In this document: positions 59,801 through 64,000 of the stretch, in pieces
Layout: each line of letters begins with the position of its first letter
Numbering within the stretch: position 1 is the stretch's first letter
NCBI GenBank assembly: GCA_963924565.1
Contig: OZ004607.1
Span: 10,106,001 to 10,170,000 of the forward strand
Length of the DNA stretch: 64,000 bases
Source of the DNA: Ascidiella aspersa
Lineage: Eukaryota
Direction: 5' to 3'
Program-made: the position numbers and the translations under genes
Notes under the pieces: model-generated
Database searches by the model: none
What the model was told of the DNA's origin: nothing
The model's input: only the letters and a program-made list of their open reading frames with translations

Positions 59801-62314
59801 ACAAGTGGCTTGCACAGTTGCAGGTAAAATCACACTTGCAAACCCAGTTATATAAGCTTTACTTTTAAGTCCGTATAATAAGTAGGGTTTGGTTTCGGTT
59901 TGAATATACTTTTGGTGTCGCTTTTATTTACCGTGATTATGGAACTTTTTATAACTCGTGTAGAAGTGTACTTCAAAAAAAAAATTATAGCCTCAGCGAT
60001 AAAATATTTCCAACAAAAAAACTTTTCGCGTTGTTTCAAAGTTGTTGGAATTATGTTGTTTTTATGAAATTAAAAACTAGTCTCAATCATTAGTTCATAT
60101 TTATTTGTACTATTAATTATTGCCTAAAAATAAACGAAATTGGTCGGGTTTTTTAAAAATAGGTTAAACGTTGCATGTTTTTAGTCAATCTAAAGTAAGG
60201 TAAAAAACCAAAGGCACAAAAGGGACGATTTATTCGGTTACGCCCGAAAACGCAAAACGCCGCGCTGCTTCGCGACTGATTCGAGCTAATTGCTTTGCGC
60301 TGTTGAGGCCAAACAACTGGCGCCCTGAAGCGCACTCGAGCAAGAGCGCTAAGCCGAAAATCACGGATTCGCCGAGGGCCGTAAGCGATCGGGCTGGATT
60401 TGTTCCACCAACGGCAAATTGCAGCGTTGCCCTGAGGGCCTCATTTCTAGCACGCGATGCTGTCGCATTTGTCGCACATTGAGGAACTTTTGAGGGACCA
60501 GTATTATGGGCCAGTTTACATGATTGGTCAAGAAAGCGACTCTTGAATTACGCTTCGTCCTTAACTCTAGATGATTTATAGCTTATATGCTGTTAAAATG
60601 TAATTTTCAACTTGCCAAAGGTTTAAATAAAGGGGCAGGTCTTAAACTGTATAATAATTTTCAAGTGTACATGGAAATTTGTAAAGCTATCGGTGTTTAT
60701 GAAATCCCTTTATCTCTTAACCCCAATGCCTTACAAACTGCTGAAACAATGACTTCAACAGGCCATTAGTTTTAAAGGGGTATTACTTTAAACTGAAAGC
60801 TTTTATCAGTGAAAAAGAAAAAACAACTGGCCTTTCTTCAATCGTTTTTGTTTTTCCCTTACCACAGCCATAAATGAAATAGTTCCGATGTAGACTGTCC
60901 CTAAAATCGAAAAAGATTGCGACTTTTTGATCTAACTATTCACTAGTCATACTCCACGTCCTGAAACATTATGATAGCATGGTTTTAAACTGTTGGTACG
61001 AGGGGTATTGGCCTCGATTGTTTATCCATTGATATCAATATATTTAAAAATATATAAAACACTTCTAAGTAAAAATAGCATCGTTTAAACAATTGTTCAA
61101 TAAATGCTAGTTATTATATAACTTCCGTACTGGCTGTGCTAATTTTTTGAGGTCTAACGACAACATCCATTTAATATGCTCCGGGCAATAATAATACCAA
61201 TAGAAAGTAGAAATGCGTTTTCAGGTAATCAAGTTTGCGTCGTCTTATAGGATATACTTATTTGTGATTGCTGTAATTTTGAAACACTGGTTAAGGCTCC
61301 ATGACGCCTGAGATTCATACTTTCAGCCGATATCGCGAATCGTTTACAGTAAATTGCGCTACCGTCTCGCCTAAAAAAATTGGATAAACGAGATGTAATT
61401 TGAAGAAAATTTGACTTGTGTAGCGCTGCTGTAAGTTGCCAGGTGCGATATACATCGGACAAAAGCTTTAGTCTGTAGATAAATCAACTTGTTTGAAACC
61501 TCAATTATCGCGCCAACAGGGTAAAAAGTCGAAGGTGGTGATATAGAAACTTATTTGTTGTCTTTGCGGTCACGTATCCGGTGTTGTTTGATATTAGGTC
61601 TGTGCCAATTGATGTACATTAAATGTTTGTCAGCCAAATAGTCGTATTTTTCGCTTTAAATATTTACTGCGGAAATCGCCACCACTAACATACAGCGATT
61701 GACTCCGAAAATGCTGTCACCCCTCATGAAAACTTAAAAATAAGACAGTCACACAAAACTTAAAAATAAGACAGTAACTTAAAAAAAAAAGTCCGATCAC
61801 ATTTTTTTTTCAATACGAATTGAAAATTAACAAAATAGATAAAATAAAAACCCTTAACATATTACGTTTACCATATTGATAGGCGAAAATTTCATTTAAC
61901 TGTATTTTTACTAGTACCTTTACTATTTCTTTGACAAAACATGTTCCCCTGCCAGCTAAAGAAAGTGAATATGTATAACCAAACATGACTGAGATACGGC
62001 GTATCAAAAATTATTTTACCGAAACGCAGTTCCAGACCTTCCGTCTTACTTTTACCACTGCTTATAATACAAACGGTCATCGGTTTTATGCTTTTATCAA
62101 ATTTGTTTTCGGAAGTCCTTTACTACCCAGTATTAGTTGCTAACATCAGTCCAATAACTTTACATTGTAGATGGCAACCTGTATACCGGCACAGTTACAG
62201 GCTTCAACAGTCTGGACGCCCGACTGACCAGATCTCCGGTCATTGTGAACGGCAGCCAGCCTGGACAGCGCGACAAGTACTTGACCAACGACCGAGACCA
62301 AACCTGGCTCAACA
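35746..62314 (+). CDS. sema6: Semaphorin-6-like protein, 5' part; join(35746..35863,48149..48257,56255..56321,58657..58827,59721..59823,62171..>62314); continues beyond the window
   Basis: Signal peptide followed by Sema-domain motifs collinear with vertebrate SEMA6 as I recall it: YPVF.G, V(T/A)ARD, W.S..AD.D.C..KGK...CHN.(V/I)K, CGTN.F...C, C..D, DG.LY..TVT.F...DA, WL. All introns are GT-AG with consistent phases 1,2,0,0,1,1. Confidence 0.9.
48149..48257 (+). CDS. sema6: Semaphorin exon 2 (DTMGYPVFRGESGPDG...YVVTAR)
   Basis: Polypyrimidine tract + CAG, YPVFxG motif, AAG|GTAAGT. Confidence 0.92.
48864..49194 (+). mobile_element. hAT-family MITE with a perfect 8-bp target-site duplication
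   Basis: ACTTAAGT-CAGGGGTTGTT...AAAAACCCTG-ACTTAAGT. Confidence 0.88.
49778..50078 (+). mobile_element. hAT/Charlie-type MITE
   Basis: CAGTAATACTCAAACTGTGTGCCGCGGCACAC...GTGTGCCGC...TTCGAGAACCACTG; degenerate TSD ATGTAAGT/ATGCGGGT. Confidence 0.75.
53088..53109. repeat. C22 homopolymer (a G16 run also lies at 19389..19404)
   Basis: Directly visible. Confidence 0.95.
56255..56321 (+). CDS. sema6: Semaphorin exon 3 (RDNLFVMDPGSDPNAAGDINSKQ)
   Basis: TTTTTCAG acceptor completes ARD; CAG|GTTCGT phase-0 donor. Confidence 0.88.
56626..56871. mobile_element. Foldback-type MITE with ~70-bp imperfect inverted arms
   Basis: CCGCCATTTGCCAGA...GGAAATAGGCACTTTATAGACCCTTACAACC is mirrored by GGTTGTAAGGGTCAATAAAGCGCCTATTTCC...TCTGGCAATGGCGG. 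Confidence 0.8.
58657..58827 (+). CDS. sema6: Semaphorin exon 4 (VIHWPSDKADIDLCHNKGK...CHNYVK...CGTNSFKAQCKYFK)
   Basis: Hallmark Sema-domain cysteine motifs; TAG acceptor, AAG|GTAGGG donor. Confidence 0.96.
59721..59823 (+). CDS. sema6: Semaphorin exon 5 (KLANDDWEMTPSQTKIGSTACSFDPDVQVACTVA)
   Basis: G...CSFDP corresponds to the G..RCP(Y/F)D motif; CAG|GTAAAA phase-1 donor. Confidence 0.9.
62171..62314 (+). CDS. sema6: Semaphorin exon 6 (DGNLYTGTVTGFNSLDARLTRS...DQTWLN)
   Basis: DGxLYxxTVTxF and WLN motifs; TGTAG acceptor, ACA|GTAAGT donor. Confidence 0.94.
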
Positions 62315-63552
62315 GTAAGTTGTTGTGCTTATTGTAGTAAGTCCGTTTTATGCCCATTTTCATACTTTTATATGTGGGGTAGCGTTGTGCCATTGTTTTT
62401 CGGGCATCCTATCATCTAAAATGACGTTACTTATCGAAATTGAAGGATTTTAAACAGGGCGTCGGAGTCGTACTCGGAACTCGACGGAGTTGATTTATTT
62501 CGCTGGAGTCGTACTCGGGACTCCAGTATAATGACTACCTGTGTTCCAAACCTTGAGTGCGCATGCGCAGTACCACATTTCTAAACTAACAAGACCGCAA
62601 ACTGCAGTTGTAAAGATGGAATAACATATGCTGGAATATTAGCGATAATAATGAAATACTGCAATACTCGTACCAAATCATATTTTCCTTGGGTATAGGA
62701 CTTGTAGACTCTTCCAAACCATGGGCTACCAGTCGACTGTTGCATAGGGATTGCTCCAAGTTAGCGAAGCCCATCCTAAGTTTGATCCCTTAATGCCCGT
62801 GCCAACTTTGTATAGCTTTTCGTTTTTCTCTGTTTCCTTTCGCCAGAATCTATTGTGATACAGAGCCGAAAATATTGCCTTTTCGAAAATTGCCGTTGTG
62901 ACGAGATTTCGCGGTTTGGCGGAAAATTGCTAAAACCGGTTAAACTGCGCTGCGCTACCCACTGAGCTGCAATCCTTTCTGTGATTATTTCGCGATGCTG
63001 GCAGTCCAGTGGTCTCCAAATAATTGGAGCTTGCTGGCGAATAAATAAACCCCACCTAACAATTGACGTCATTTCTAAAAAAAAGCTTGCGATTTTTTTG
63101 CAAAACACTGTAGTGCGGTCATATGGTGGGTTTAGCGCCGCTTTGATAGGTACAACAAGCCGTTAAATAAATAAATTTTATTACATAATAACACTTTATG
63201 CCAATGGATTTCGTTTGCCTTGGATGGGACAGATTAGTTGGTCAATTAAAAAGCAACCATCTTCTTTTTTGACAAAGATTCATTTCCTCACTTGTTAGGT
63301 TAAAACCAGAGGTGGCTGTGTTTTTAAATAAATTGTCCTAAGATGGAAATTTGCACACAACTTGAAAACAAACGCTTTTCGAAGTTGCCACACAAATTTA
63401 GCAATGTGTGACTATGCTAGAGTATCAAATAAACGTGAAGCTTTGAATCATTTCAATTTAGGCTTGCGGTTGAAAAAATAATGAAGCCAAAACTGGTGGT
63501 TATTATCGTGCGATGGTTTTATTTAATATTTGTTTTAACATAGGTTTTAGAG

Positions 63553-63972
63553 CAGGGGTCGGCAACCTACGGCCCGCGGGCCGGATCCGGCCCGCCGATA
63601 AAATTCATCCGGCCCGCCGCCTCTTTGATAAATTAGAAACGAGTCCATTTCAAATACTTTTTGACTATTTTAACTACGTAAGGGCGAAAAATTTTCGCGC
63701 TTCGCGCGAATGATCCTTCTCCATTCGGTTTGTTTACGTTTTGACGCTGTCTTTTCAAATATAGATTAGCGCTTCTTTTCAAATATAGATTAGCGCTTCA
63801 ACGGAAAACGTATTCACAAATATTGGACATATATTTTTTAGCATTTTTTTATTTTTTATTGTCGGCAATGTAGGCTAATGAAAACTTGCAAGAAATGGCG
63901 TTATACCAAAATAAAATCGCGCTCGCTTCGCTCGCCAGGTGTGCCCGGACTTTGAAAGGTTGACACACACTC
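63553..63972 (+). mobile_element. hAT/Charlie-type MITE containing a perfect 24-bp tandem duplication (63751..63798)
   Basis: CAGGGGTCGGCAACCTACGGCCCGCGGGCCGGATCCGGCCCGCC start; decayed right end GGTTGACACACACTC; both flanks fit nnnTAGAn. Confidence 0.8.
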
Positions 63973-64000
63973 AACTAGATTAACTATTGTTATTGCGTTT

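Overview
Eukaryotic, AT-rich animal genomic DNA with spliceosomal introns. An invertebrate chordate such as an ascidian is my inference from the class-6-like semaphorin, the base composition and the MITE content. Almost none of the six-frame ORFs are real genes; genes had to be assembled from exons by hand. Content: (1) 224-8906 (+), an 11-exon gene, possibly 5'-incomplete, encoding a ~525-aa protein I cannot assign to a family. It has a PAM2-like motif, a central helical region, long disordered linkers, one CCHC zinc knuckle and an R/G/S-rich tail; the best model uses two GC-AG introns. (2) 12193-13766 (-), six identical tRNA-Asp(GTC) genes in a 2+4 array with a ~191-bp period and a hypervariable ~10-nt 5' leader. 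(3) ~14-35 kb, an apparently gene-free region of GC-richer islands alternating with AT-rich MITE debris, containing hairpins, decayed tandem duplications and motif clusters. (4) 35746 to beyond 62314 (+), the first six coding exons of a semaphorin-6-like gene, with 12.3-kb and 8.0-kb first introns, continuing past the window. Several non-autonomous hAT-type and foldback MITE families are scattered throughout. No prokaryotic-type system, CRISPR array or transposase ORF was seen.
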